Shown: in pieces, positions 20,078 to 29,134 of the stretch | Layout of the letters: each line of letters opens with the position of its first letter | Numbering within the stretch: the stretch's first letter is position 1 | Notes under the pieces: model-generated | The model's database searches: none | Seen by the model: the letters and a program-made list of their open reading frames with translations, nothing else | What the model was told of the DNA's origin: nothing | Position numbers and translations under genes: made by a program | Origin: an uncultured virus (IMG/VR IMGVR_UViG_3300044491_001791) | Taxonomy: Duplodnaviria; Heunggongvirae; Uroviricota; Caudoviricetes | DNA length: 64,000 nt | Virus record (IMG/VR): IMGVR_UViG_3300044491_001791 | Strand: one strand, 5' to 3'

Positions 20078-20766
20078 CTTGGTGCAAACTCCTGTTGTAA
20101 TTTAATATTATCCATGAACTCTTTTTTAGTACCCGGATCGTCTTTAAAAGATCCTCTAAGTACTGTAGTCTGTGTTAGACTACTATGTGCCATAATGCCT
20201 CTATTTTCACAACAACCATGTGTTGCTTGAATATAAACACCTAAGTGTTTTGCATTTGTGGCTTTTTCGATTTCACGTGCAATATCATTTGCAAGTTCTT
20301 CTTGCAATGTTCCACGTCTTGCACACCACTGTGCTATGCGTGTATACTTCGAAAGTCCGATAACTTTACCATTAGGAATAACACCAATATATGCTACACC
20401 TGTTACTGGTTGATGATGATGTGAACAAACAGATCTAAGTTCGCTTCTAACAACAAGCATACCTGTGTATGCATCTTCTCCATCATTTGGAAATGCTGTA
20501 GCATTAGGAATACGATCATAACGTCCTTGCATAAGTTCGTTATAATACATTTTAGCAAGTCTTCTTGCTGTACCTTGCGAGTTAGGATCTGTATGCCTAT
20601 CGATAATTAGTGTATCTAAAACGTTTTCAAAGGCTTCAGTTGCTTCATCAATTAACTGATCTTTTTCACCAGCATAGATAAACTCACTAATGTTATCTCC
20701 TGCCCAATAACGCTTCTTTGCGTCTTGCAGTCTTCTTGTTACTTCTAATGTCTTTTTCAATTTCAT
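20074..20766 (-). CDS. folE: GTP cyclohydrolase I
   Basis: SVCSHH, GLSKYTR, LQEEL, HGCCENRG. Confidence 0.92.
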   Translation of the reverse strand: MKLKKTLEVTRRLQDAKKRYWAGDNISEFIYAGEKDQLIDEATEAFENVLDTLIIDRHTDPNSQGTARRLAKMYYNELMQGRYDRIPNATAFPNDGEDAYTGMLVVRSELRSVCSHHHQPVTGVAYIGVIPNGKVIGLSKYTRIAQWCARRGTLQEELANDIAREIEKATNAKHLGVYIQATHGCCENRGIMAHSSLTQTTVLRGSFKDDPGTKKEFMDNIKLQQEFAPR

Positions 20767-20804
20767 TCTCCGAGTTATAGACGTGGATGTCTATTATTGT
20801 TTAC

Positions 20805-20833
20805 ATTATATACTTTATTTAGGTTTTTGTCAA
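20805..20833 (-). promoter_or_regulatory. Sigma70-type promoter with a TAAATA embedded in the spacer
   Basis: TTGACA-17-TATAAT. Confidence 0.8.
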
Positions 20834-20846
20834 GTATATTATGCAC

Positions 20847-21053
20847 TTAGAAATACTTTTTGAGCATCTCGATCTCATCATTATATTCTGCAATAATTTT
20901 GAGTTCTTTTTCAATAGTCTCTAAAGTATCAGGATGTTCTGCAACACCCGCCGCATTCTGCATTAAGATTTCAACATTAATTCTATGTTTTTCAATATGT
21001 CCTTTTGCGTGTTCAATTAAGCCTTGTACGATTGCTTCTCTTAAATCTGCCAT
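20847..21053 (-). CDS. Small hypothetical phage protein
   Basis: AAGGA SD; GVAEHPD motif. Confidence 0.75.
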   Translation of the reverse strand: MADLREAIVQGLIEHAKGHIEKHRINVEILMQNAAGVAEHPDTLETIEKELKIIAEYNDEIEMLKKYF

Positions 21054-21055
21054 TG

Positions 21056-21865
21056 TTATTCCTTTCCGATTTGTGTAATAAATTCATTTGCAATTAGTAT
21101 ATGTGCATTTGTATCAAAATGTTCATCGTCAATTGTAAATGAATCTAAGTTATCTTTGCTTTCCAAAAAGTCTTTTACAGTTTGGTTAGCAACTTTACCA
21201 TATGAACAGTCTCCAAGCATATTTAGATCTTTAGGGAGCCAGGTGTCTTCATTAATGGCAAAGATTTTTAACTTTGCATTATTTTCTTTGCAAAGTGTAT
21301 TCCAAAGATATACTTCTTTGAAAAATTCTCTCTGTGAAACAATGGTCATTAGTTCATACCATGCTTTAATTCTTTGATAGCCTTCTGTTTGTAAATTTGG
21401 TTCTTGTAAATCAAATGGACCAAATGTAAAACCAATTTGCGGAGGAATAGCATAATCACCTGCAACAGTAATACGACCGCCATCAAAACTTTTATTTGTA
21501 TCGTCCCACATATTAATATTATAGCAGTCGATACGTCCTTTTGTTTCTTCTAACTTCATATGACGTTCAAGTGGAACAATATTTTCATAGTGAGAAGGAT
21601 TTGAAAATCCTACTCTAAATCTGTTCCAATATGATTGTTGAATAATAACTTCGTCTATGTCTTTGTACGTTTTGAACAAAAACGCAAGACGTTCACTGTA
21701 ATCATACCAACCTCTACCAGGACAAGCAAAAATTACTCCGTCTTTGTTTTGATTGTTAATATAGATTTCTGCCCAGTTGTTGTCATTCCAACGATCACGT
21801 GTACCTTTGGTATTAGTATAACTGTATCCAGCACTATGACTACAACCTATTACGGCAGTTCTCAT
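21056..21865 (-). CDS. SGNH/GDSL-like hypothetical protein
   Basis: GCSHS near the N-terminus; DDEH near the C-terminus. Confidence 0.55.
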   Translation of the reverse strand: MRTAVIGCSHSAGYSYTNTKGTRDRWNDNNWAEIYINNQNKDGVIFACPGRGWYDYSERLAFLFKTYKDIDEVIIQQSYWNRFRVGFSNPSHYENIVPLERHMKLEETKGRIDCYNINMWDDTNKSFDGGRITVAGDYAIPPQIGFTFGPFDLQEPNLQTEGYQRIKAWYELMTIVSQREFFKEVYLWNTLCKENNAKLKIFAINEDTWLPKDLNMLGDCSYGKVANQTVKDFLESKDNLDSFTIDDEHFDTNAHILIANEFITQIGKE

Positions 21866-22284
21866 TATACACAATCCCCTTCTAAATCCACAAACAATCT
21901 TGGTTGCTTAGGATCAATATATCTGTATTTTTGTTTCTCAGGAATAACTCCGCGAACACCGCCTCTTGGGTCAGCCATATCGCCTTTACGTCTTGGAATT
22001 AAATGTACGTGTGGCCACATAACAGTTTGTCCTGCTTCTGTGCCTACATTCTGTCCAATATTATATGAATCGCAATAACCTTTTTGTACCCAATCATAAC
22101 CCCAAGCATAAGCGGCTTTATAACACTTTGCTAAATGATCCCAGTCCTCTACCTTAGGCACAAAAAGAATGTGTCCTTCAGTAACTGGAAATTTGTCTTT
22201 GAATACAGTAAACTCTTTTGTATCGATAAGCACGTCTTTCCAAGGTACTTCGCTAAATGAATTAATGTTTTGTTGGTGGCTCAT
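21865..22284 (-). CDS. HIT family hydrolase
   Basis: FPVTEGH, AGQTV, HVHLIPR. Confidence 0.9.
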   Translation of the reverse strand: MSHQQNINSFSEVPWKDVLIDTKEFTVFKDKFPVTEGHILFVPKVEDWDHLAKCYKAAYAWGYDWVQKGYCDSYNIGQNVGTEAGQTVMWPHVHLIPRRKGDMADPRGGVRGVIPEKQKYRYIDPKQPRLFVDLEGDCV

Positions 22285-22993
22285 ATGTTTCCTCATAAAA
22301 ATAAACTGAATATCCTTTTCCTCTGGTGTCCCCGCCTTGATTATCAACTTCTACTTCTTTGCCTTCTTCACCATATCTAACACTTTGAATAATAACTTCA
22401 TCGTTAGGCATAGTGGTTTGATCTATTACAAGTTTTGTTGGGTCAAATCGTTCGCCACGTAGATGTAAAATACCATCAAAGAATGTTCCTTTTTCGTGAC
22501 TAATCATTTGTGCATACCAACCCTTAGGAATAACAGCCGCACCATCTTCGATAGTACTTCCAAGACAGTCTTCATCAATAGCGTCGTGGAAAGTTTTACC
22601 ATCAATTATGGTGTTAATTATAGAAGCATTGTATTCACCTGAATCAACTTCTTCTATGGTAATATTTGCACCTTCGTCTGTGACTCCAAAAAAGTGACAT
22701 TCTTCACCTGGGGATTCATGCCAAGACATATGTTGTTCAGACATTGAATCCCACAGGAAATCTGCTTCTTGTGGTATGTCATTGTGTTTTCTAAATTCTT
22801 CTGGATCGTCCATATACTCTTCAGGAGATATATCTCCTTGTTCTTTTTGTTCATTCCACCAGTCAGCACATTCTTTGCTTACAGGACACCAAGCCATTTC
22901 ACTACCATATCCCCAAATTTGTATTCTAATGTAAGTGTCTGGCTTACGAATAATTTCAAGTAGTTCTTTATTTTCTTCTGTAGTATAAGACAT
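22262..22993 (-). CDS. Acidic hypothetical protein
   Basis: AGGAG SD before MSYTTEE. Confidence 0.7.
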   Translation of the reverse strand: MSYTTEENKELLEIIRKPDTYIRIQIWGYGSEMAWCPVSKECADWWNEQKEQGDISPEEYMDDPEEFRKHNDIPQEADFLWDSMSEQHMSWHESPGEECHFFGVTDEGANITIEEVDSGEYNASIINTIIDGKTFHDAIDEDCLGSTIEDGAAVIPKGWYAQMISHEKGTFFDGILHLRGERFDPTKLVIDQTTMPNDEVIIQSVRYGEEGKEVEVDNQGGDTRGKGYSVYFYEETYEPPTKH

Positions 22994-23544
22994 TAATATT
23001 CTCCTACGTTTTCCCAAGGATATACAAGCCAAACATCTTGTTCTGCTTTGTTTACTTCGTGACACCAGTATTGTACATCGTCAAATTTACTGCTTAGGTT
23101 CTCTGTTAATACTGCGAAACGAACATTGTTACCCCAGATATCTTTCCAATGAGGATCATCAGGCAAACAACCACTTGCCCAATCTTGTTTAATCCAATTG
23201 AACGTAGCACCTGTGTCATTGATATCATCTACGATTAGAATGTTTTTTCTCTTTGCAGGATCACTGCATATAGACTCTTGTCTATCTTCTTTGTTAATAT
23301 AACCAAATGAATCTTCGGCCATCCAACCGTTGCTTTCTAAATGGCTTGTATCGTCACGTAGTGCAACCTTAAGTGCTTCACAACGAATGCCTGTCATGTT
23401 ACTAATAATAGTAGCAGGTACATTACCACCACGGGTAATACCTACAATATAATCAGGACGCCAATTGTCCGCATACATTTGATTTACAATACTGACGCAC
23501 ATTTTTTCTACGTCTTGCCAACTGTAATAGTGTTTCTTAATCAT
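22993..23544 (-). CDS. Type I phosphoribosyltransferase (xanthine/guanine PRT-like)
   Basis: GITRGG, ILIVDDINDTGAT, VYPWE. Confidence 0.88.
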   Translation of the reverse strand: MIKKHYYSWQDVEKMCVSIVNQMYADNWRPDYIVGITRGGNVPATIISNMTGIRCEALKVALRDDTSHLESNGWMAEDSFGYINKEDRQESICSDPAKRKNILIVDDINDTGATFNWIKQDWASGCLPDDPHWKDIWGNNVRFAVLTENLSSKFDDVQYWCHEVNKAEQDVWLVYPWENVGEY

Positions 23545-24175
23545 GACCCCTCCTAATGTTTAAAACGTCTTGATTTCCTTTTTGAACAATAACACCAGTT
23601 CCGTTACCGAACCCAGCATTTACAAATTTTAGTGCAGGAACAAATCTTGCATTTGATCTAAATCCTGTTGCACTATGATTAATTTTACTTTTAAAAAAGC
23701 AAAAACGACCTGGAATAGGTGCAACACTTATTACCAACGGATCTGTATTTCCTTTTATATCTTGTAATTCGTAACCGTCTAAATCATCCTTTGTAATAAA
23801 AAACTTAGTTTCGCCTTTTTCATCTGGATTCCATTTGCTATTACAGTAATACAATAAAGTCCAATCACAGTCGTCAACATGATAATATGCATCTTCGCCG
23901 GTAGCAAAAAAGTTTAAATTACTTCTACGATATTCTAATCCTTCAAGATCGTTTAACTTTTCATTTACAACGTTCCATAAAGTTGACCATGTATGTGTGT
24001 GTTCAAACTCAAAACACTGTAAACCTGTAGGAGGTTGATCAGGGTTGTCTCTGGTACCCCATTTAAAACTTAGATTTTGAATTTCGTTTTCAAGTATTTG
24101 TATAATTTTGTCGTTGAACACATTGTCATAAGTTTTGATTAAACCACCAAAATACGTAGTACGTTTAATCTCCAT
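23537..24175 (-). CDS. 2OG-Fe(II) oxygenase (prolyl-hydroxylase-like)
   Basis: YHVD..TLLYY..W...GET...INHSA..R. Confidence 0.8.
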   Translation of the reverse strand: MEIKRTTYFGGLIKTYDNVFNDKIIQILENEIQNLSFKWGTRDNPDQPPTGLQCFEFEHTHTWSTLWNVVNEKLNDLEGLEYRRSNLNFFATGEDAYYHVDDCDWTLLYYCNSKWNPDEKGETKFFITKDDLDGYELQDIKGNTDPLVISVAPIPGRFCFFKSKINHSATGFRSNARFVPALKFVNAGFGNGTGVIVQKGNQDVLNIRRGHD

Positions 24176-24686
24176 CTTTCGCTCCTCTTGCAAGATATTT
24201 TTCATTATGAATCCAATGGTAGCCTGCATCTTCTATGTTTTCAACTTTATTTGTATGAACAAATCTCATAAAGCCCCACTCCTTTACTTTGCGTCCCATG
24301 AAGAACAAACTCCAGCAAGGAATTTCATTACCTTGTGAGTCTTTCTCAAGTTCTAACCAATGTAAATCATCTGCTGAACGCTTACGGAAATGTCCTGGCC
24401 CACGCCATACTCTTGTAGACCCACATACGTGTCCTTCCTGTGCAAATAAAGGAATGTGTTCCCAATAGCCACCTTTTAAAATAAATGTTGCATAACCCCA
24501 TGGATGATCATGTAATGTTGGTTCGTCACTTACAAGAACTTTGTGTAGTGTGATATTAAAAGGAAAGTTTTTTCTTTCTTTTAAGAACAAATAATAACGA
24601 ATAAGATAAGGTACTTTTCCTTCTCTATCAGTAATAACTCTACGTCTTCCAATTTTGTCCATAAATTTAGAAAGGAATGTTATCAT
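24165..24686 (-). CDS. Cupin-like phage protein
   Basis: LHDHPW..FILKGGYWE...H. Confidence 0.7.
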   Translation of the reverse strand: MITFLSKFMDKIGRRRVITDREGKVPYLIRYYLFLKERKNFPFNITLHKVLVSDEPTLHDHPWGYATFILKGGYWEHIPLFAQEGHVCGSTRVWRGPGHFRKRSADDLHWLELEKDSQGNEIPCWSLFFMGRKVKEWGFMRFVHTNKVENIEDAGYHWIHNEKYLARGAKDGD

Positions 24687-24981
24687 TTTTTCTACCTTTG
24701 TAATCGTCCTTAACTAAGTTATACACTTCAATAAATTTAGTATATTGAATTTTTAATGCCGGATACATATCAATCATATTTTCAAGATCATATTCGCTTG
24801 GCCATTTTCCTGGACCAGTATCCAAATCAAAGCCAGTATACGACGGAGCAAATGTTTTATATTCGCTAAGATTAATTGTATATGTTCCATCTACGTCTTT
24901 TGCATATGGAGTACTAATACACCCATCAATACTACCATCGTCTCCACTGTATGTAATAGTGTATTCTTTATCATTGTCCAT
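24667..24981 (-). CDS. Hypothetical protein
   Basis: AAGGA SD before MDNDKE. Confidence 0.6.
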   Translation of the reverse strand: MDNDKEYTITYSGDDGSIDGCISTPYAKDVDGTYTINLSEYKTFAPSYTGFDLDTGPGKWPSEYDLENMIDMYPALKIQYTKFIEVYNLVKDDYKGRKNDNIPF

Positions 24982-26020
24982 TTTGTATTTCCTTGTATAA
25001 CGGCTTACCACTAAAATATCCCTGTGCTAATTTTAATGTTTGTTTTTGCATAGGAACAATATACTCTTTATAGTTTTCCATGTGTTCTACAATTCTATCC
25101 ATAACTTGTTTCTTATGATTTTTGTAAGAATTATAACTTGATGTCCATTCACTTGGATATAAAAATTCCTTCATACCCATTTCGCTATAACTTACTCTAT
25201 CAGGAATCATTGGAATAGTATCAACAAGTAATCCTTCATACCAACTAATACCAAGTGTTTCTTGTAAGTTTGCACTAAACACAAGTTTTGCTTTACCTAA
25301 CAAATTATGATATTCATTTTTTGTAAGTTGCTTTTCTTGACAAACAATAAATTCATATTGTGGTAAACTATCTTTTAAATCTCTAAATATTTCAGGTTGT
25401 TTTTCTGGAGCAATCCTATGAGGAAACAAAATAAGATTTTCTTTCTTCATGCCTTTATACATTGAAAAACTATCGTTCAAGTATTCCATAGGCCAACCAA
25501 CACGTTTAATCTTTGCGTCATTTGTTGTAAATGCACTTTTAAACATATCAATATGGAATTGTGTAGCAAAGAAGTTATGGTCATATGTTTCAAACATACT
25601 TTGCTCTGCATAACGCACCCAGGGTTTATTACCTATAAGTCTACCCAAGAAGTCTTGTGGATCATAACTACCAGCGTGCCACAAACCGCCAATGCGAATG
25701 CTAACACCCAATAACTCTGCCATGTAACGTAATTGTATAACTGTAGGATTCCAGGCATCAGTATATAGAAAATAATCGCCATCTTTGATTTCACCATTGC
25801 AAAACATTTCTCCAATAGTTTCAAGTTGTTTACTTTTATATACATTGGTGCCACCAAAGTTGAGAAACGCCCCAGGTGTTGTTGCCTGAGGCGTATCTCC
25901 GCCACTAATAATTTTGACATCCATGTTCGTAGCACGTCGCAGTTGCTTTGGAAGATATTCTTTCCATTGCTTAGTATAACGTGTATCTACTGCTTCAATG
26001 TCTACGATATAGATAGTCAT
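24971..26020 (-). CDS. GT-B fold glycosyltransferase
   Basis: HAGSYD, FPHRIAPEKQ, QETLGISWYEG (ExxG...E), PDRVSY. Confidence 0.8.
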   Translation of the reverse strand: MTIYIVDIEAVDTRYTKQWKEYLPKQLRRATNMDVKIISGGDTPQATTPGAFLNFGGTNVYKSKQLETIGEMFCNGEIKDGDYFLYTDAWNPTVIQLRYMAELLGVSIRIGGLWHAGSYDPQDFLGRLIGNKPWVRYAEQSMFETYDHNFFATQFHIDMFKSAFTTNDAKIKRVGWPMEYLNDSFSMYKGMKKENLILFPHRIAPEKQPEIFRDLKDSLPQYEFIVCQEKQLTKNEYHNLLGKAKLVFSANLQETLGISWYEGLLVDTIPMIPDRVSYSEMGMKEFLYPSEWTSSYNSYKNHKKQVMDRIVEHMENYKEYIVPMQKQTLKLAQGYFSGKPLYKEIQNGQ

Positions 26021-26259
26021 TAGTGCCTCCTGTTGTTAAACTTCTTTTTAAAGTCTTTGTTAAAAGGACGAGGTTTCTTACCGCTTCTAAAAGAACAGTA
26101 AGTGCGCCATGCCTCACTTTTGTTATTATACAAATCGCGTTCGTCAAAACGAAATGCACGACTATAACCTACCACCCAAGAATTTGAACAAAATTCTTTG
26201 AATGATTCAAGATCTGTAAAAATCTTGTTGTACGTTTCACGATCAAACTCAATCGTCAT
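26020..26259 (-). CDS. Small basic hypothetical protein
   Basis: GAGG SD before MTIEFD. Confidence 0.65.
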   Translation of the reverse strand: MTIEFDRETYNKIFTDLESFKEFCSNSWVVGYSRAFRFDERDLYNNKSEAWRTYCSFRSGKKPRPFNKDFKKKFNNRRH

Positions 26260-26272
26260 TTTATAATACCTC

Positions 26273-26716
26273 TCAGTATTTTGCGTATTCAATATGGGCA
26301 CCGTTCTCTCCATCTTCACTAATGTCGATGTGAACTTCACGCCCGGGGAATTTTTCAGCAATCTTTTCATAAAGATCATCTGACATCATTTCACATGATT
26401 TGTAGTCTAAGTTTAATGTACCTTCGCTATACAGTTTCTCCATCCATCGTTTAAATTGAATAAATTCAATATCTCTGTCGTTGTGTGTTACAGTGATACC
26501 GACTTTGAAATGGAATATGTGTCTGTGTGGATAACCTAAAAATGACACATCGTCCCATTCACCTGTTGCTAACTTAGGATCGTCTAAGGCCGCAGGATAC
26601 TTGTGGATACCTTCCTTACGGAATGTTACCCAAATCATACGTTTTGCAGTTCGCATAATCTTTTCGTGTGCTTCTTGTTTCATTGCTTCTTTCATCATTG
26701 TATCAGTTATACTCAT
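26273..26716 (-). CDS. QueD-like T-fold protein, DpdL-like (putative CDG decarboxylase)
   Basis: LGYPHRHIF (LxxxHRHxF), DIEFI, SCE, EDGENG; true start may be at 26698. Confidence 0.7.
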   Translation of the reverse strand: MSITDTMMKEAMKQEAHEKIMRTAKRMIWVTFRKEGIHKYPAALDDPKLATGEWDDVSFLGYPHRHIFHFKVGITVTHNDRDIEFIQFKRWMEKLYSEGTLNLDYKSCEMMSDDLYEKIAEKFPGREVHIDISEDGENGAHIEYAKY

Positions 26717-26745
26717 ACTATACTACCTTTCATCCTGTTTGTCAA
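26717..26745 (-). promoter_or_regulatory. Sigma70-type promoter
   Basis: TTGACA-17-TATAGT. Confidence 0.75.
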
Positions 26746-27268
26746 CCGGATTATCATTTTCATATTTGGACCAATCTGTAAATTTTGAGCGTTCTTGTAA
26801 GTCATGAACTTGATGAATCCAAACACCGTCGTTAGTTGCTTTAAAGTCTTTATCATCAATCTTAATACAAGCATTGTAATTAAGTTGATTAATGTAAGGA
26901 AGTTTTACACTAATTTGACTAATAAACTTAGAACGTTCGTTATAGCCTGCTTCCAAAACATACTCATGATATTTTACATCATAATCAAGTGTAACTGTAT
27001 AATTTTGATCAAGTAAACCAACAATTAGTTCATCCCACTTTTTGTTTAGTTCATCATTGCCGTGTGGCAATGGAACATCAAAACTCTGATTAGCACCAAG
27101 ATATATATGATCTACATGATGGATTTTTGCTTGTTCTAACACTTCGTCTAAAGGACGACATCCTACAACAAACAATGTATCCAACTCAAATGCAGGTGTT
27201 TTCTCTACTTCATAACCAGTAAAGTAAATAACACTATCTTTTACGCCATCTGAGTAATCACGTTTCAC
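26723..27268 (-). CDS. Hypothetical protein in the deazaguanine cluster
   Basis: FTGYEVE..TLFV..HIYLGANQSF..GVW. Confidence 0.7.
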   Translation of the reverse strand: MKRDYSDGVKDSVIYFTGYEVEKTPAFELDTLFVVGCRPLDEVLEQAKIHHVDHIYLGANQSFDVPLPHGNDELNKKWDELIVGLLDQNYTVTLDYDVKYHEYVLEAGYNERSKFISQISVKLPYINQLNYNACIKIDDKDFKATNDGVWIHQVHDLQERSKFTDWSKYENDNPVDKQDER

Positions 27269-27458
27269 TTTTGAAGTCCTTCATCATATTATTAATTTGA
27301 TCTTTAATTGCGAGTTTAGTTTTTTTAAGTTTTATTAAAAGACTTTTGTGAGAGAAAGAACGATCGTTTTGTCTTTCTTCTTCAAGTTCTTTTACTTTAG
27401 CATCATACCAAGCATGATGATCTTTTAGTTTTTCTATTTTTTTACTTGCTTTTGCCAT
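27258..27458 (-). CDS. Small coiled-coil protein (YdcH/DUF465-like)
   Basis: H..D..V..L...LKKTKLAIKDQI. Confidence 0.6.
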   Translation of the reverse strand: MAKASKKIEKLKDHHAWYDAKVKELEEERQNDRSFSHKSLLIKLKKTKLAIKDQINNMMKDFKSET

Positions 27459-27459
27459 T

Positions 27460-28920
27460 TTATAACTCCTCAAAGAGATTGCCGAATTGTGTTTGGGCAT
27501 TAACCGTCTTCTTCCCTGTCGCGCCCCGAGTGCCAATGATTGACATCCAGAACTTGTTAAATTCTTCAATTACCGCAAATGCTTCGTCTCTGTTTGATGT
27601 TGCAAATATTGCCTCCACAACATCTCTAAAAAATAACCGGTCAAACCGTTCTTCCACAAGCATTGCTGGAATTGTTCCCTGGTCGTATTGTTTGTTTGCT
27701 TCTTGTACTGCATTAATGTGACTCCATACATTATGACCCATTTGGATAGCATACGAAAAACTATCCCAACTTGTTTTGCCTTCTTTGCCTATTTTGTTTA
27801 CATCGCCTGGTGCATAGATACAAATATCTTTAGCACTAAGTCCTTTTGTTATCGGACTATCTTTGAAACTACTGTGTTTGCCTTCACGTACAAATGCATC
27901 AGCAAATGGTGATGTATCAGTTGCAAGTGCTTTGTCATCAATACTTGGCACCATTCTGTACACCCATTTCTTTCTATTAAGAGTTTCAAGTTCGCAATAA
28001 ATTTGACCATTAGCAGTTGCTAAGAACGGACTTGCACAATCAAATGTAATCATAAAGTTTTCGTTATGATATTTGCGTACTGCTCTTTGTACATCAGTTA
28101 GCAAGGTTGCCCATTCTAACTTACTTGTACCTAAGAAGTGCATTACATCATGCTTACCTTTTTCAAGTAAGCCATCAAAACGTAGTGCAACAATACGTTT
28201 AAGAACCAAATGAACATCACACATATTCTGACCACCCATTGACCAACCATTAAAATGTGTGTCAGGATATACTTTAGGATCACAATAGTCCTTCATTTGC
28301 TGATACCAATCTTCTGCATCAGCGTGATTTTCACCTTGCAAAACATTTAAGAATTTACAAGCACCTGATCTGTGCTTCATAAAATAGTCATTGTTAATGC
28401 GTGTAGCATTAACGGCATCTTGATAGTTGTCAATTCCAGTTGCTTTTGCACCTTCAGGTGAACGTGCCACCCAGGCTGGAATATCAAGTATCATACCATA
28501 GTCCATATAGGCATCCATCCACGCAAGAACTTGCTCACGTTTCTTTTGTGCTTTAGGACAATTAGGATTCTTCCAATCACCTTCCCAAACACCTTTACCA
28601 ATCTGGAAACCACCTGAGTCACCAAGTAGCCAACTATTGTTACGATCCCTATCTCTAACCATATCTTCTTTGGGTGCATCTTTATTGATGTCCAAATCTG
28701 CATGGCCTGCTGAGTACAGACTCCACTTATAGTTGAACAAGGACTTGCTGGGATTCAGCCAGTTCATACTCTCAACTCCGTTTGTAAAGTGTGCCGGAAC
28801 CCGAGAATATTCTACGTATTCTTCCCGTCTTTGTTTACCAATGAATGTAGCATAGAAGCCACTAATCGCCGGAAGGAAGGTTGCGTAGTCCTTTTGTTCT
28901 TTTGTTAAGTCTGTGTTCAA
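27460..28920 (-). CDS. tRNA-guanine transglycosylase-like protein, probable DpdA-type DNA transglycosylase
   Basis: DSGGFQ, LDIP, VLQG, HFLG, FDCASP, HN; probable TTG start after GGAG. Confidence 0.78.
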   Translation of the reverse strand: MNTDLTKEQKDYATFLPAISGFYATFIGKQRREEYVEYSRVPAHFTNGVESMNWLNPSKSLFNYKWSLYSAGHADLDINKDAPKEDMVRDRDRNNSWLLGDSGGFQIGKGVWEGDWKNPNCPKAQKKREQVLAWMDAYMDYGMILDIPAWVARSPEGAKATGIDNYQDAVNATRINNDYFMKHRSGACKFLNVLQGENHADAEDWYQQMKDYCDPKVYPDTHFNGWSMGGQNMCDVHLVLKRIVALRFDGLLEKGKHDVMHFLGTSKLEWATLLTDVQRAVRKYHNENFMITFDCASPFLATANGQIYCELETLNRKKWVYRMVPSIDDKALATDTSPFADAFVREGKHSSFKDSPITKGLSAKDICIYAPGDVNKIGKEGKTSWDSFSYAIQMGHNVWSHINAVQEANKQYDQGTIPAMLVEERFDRLFFRDVVEAIFATSNRDEAFAVIEEFNKFWMSIIGTRGATGKKTVNAQTQFGNLFEEL

Positions 28921-28921
28921 A

Positions 28922-29128
28922 TTACTCTCCAAATGCTTTAATGGCTAACAAAGGAACAAGCCATGGATATACGAGATGTTCTATTAGTTCGTATACTACT
29001 AATACTGATAACAGTATTGTCCATAACCTACTTGTCTTTGCTTTTTTACTAACATATTCAAATACTCTTGAATGCCATTTACCTATTTTATCTACTATAC
29101 CTGGTTTCGCTTTTTTCGCTTTCGCCAT
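28922..29128 (-). CDS. Small membrane protein
   Basis: Basic N-terminus and hydrophobic helix. Confidence 0.7.
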   Translation of the reverse strand: MAKAKKAKPGIVDKIGKWHSRVFEYVSKKAKTSRLWTILLSVLVVYELIEHLVYPWLVPLLAIKAFGE

Positions 29129-29134
29129 AAGTCC

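Noticed and set aside
20767..20800. Known preQ1 or THF-II riboswitch before folE
   Set aside because: Leader is too short and shows only one 6-bp hairpin; consensus not recognisable
27460..28920. Canonical bacterial tRNA Tgt (queuosine) assignment
   Set aside because: Longer, divergent, lacks the CxCxxC Zn motif, and no queA/queF/queG is present; a DNA-acting DpdA type is more plausible but unproven
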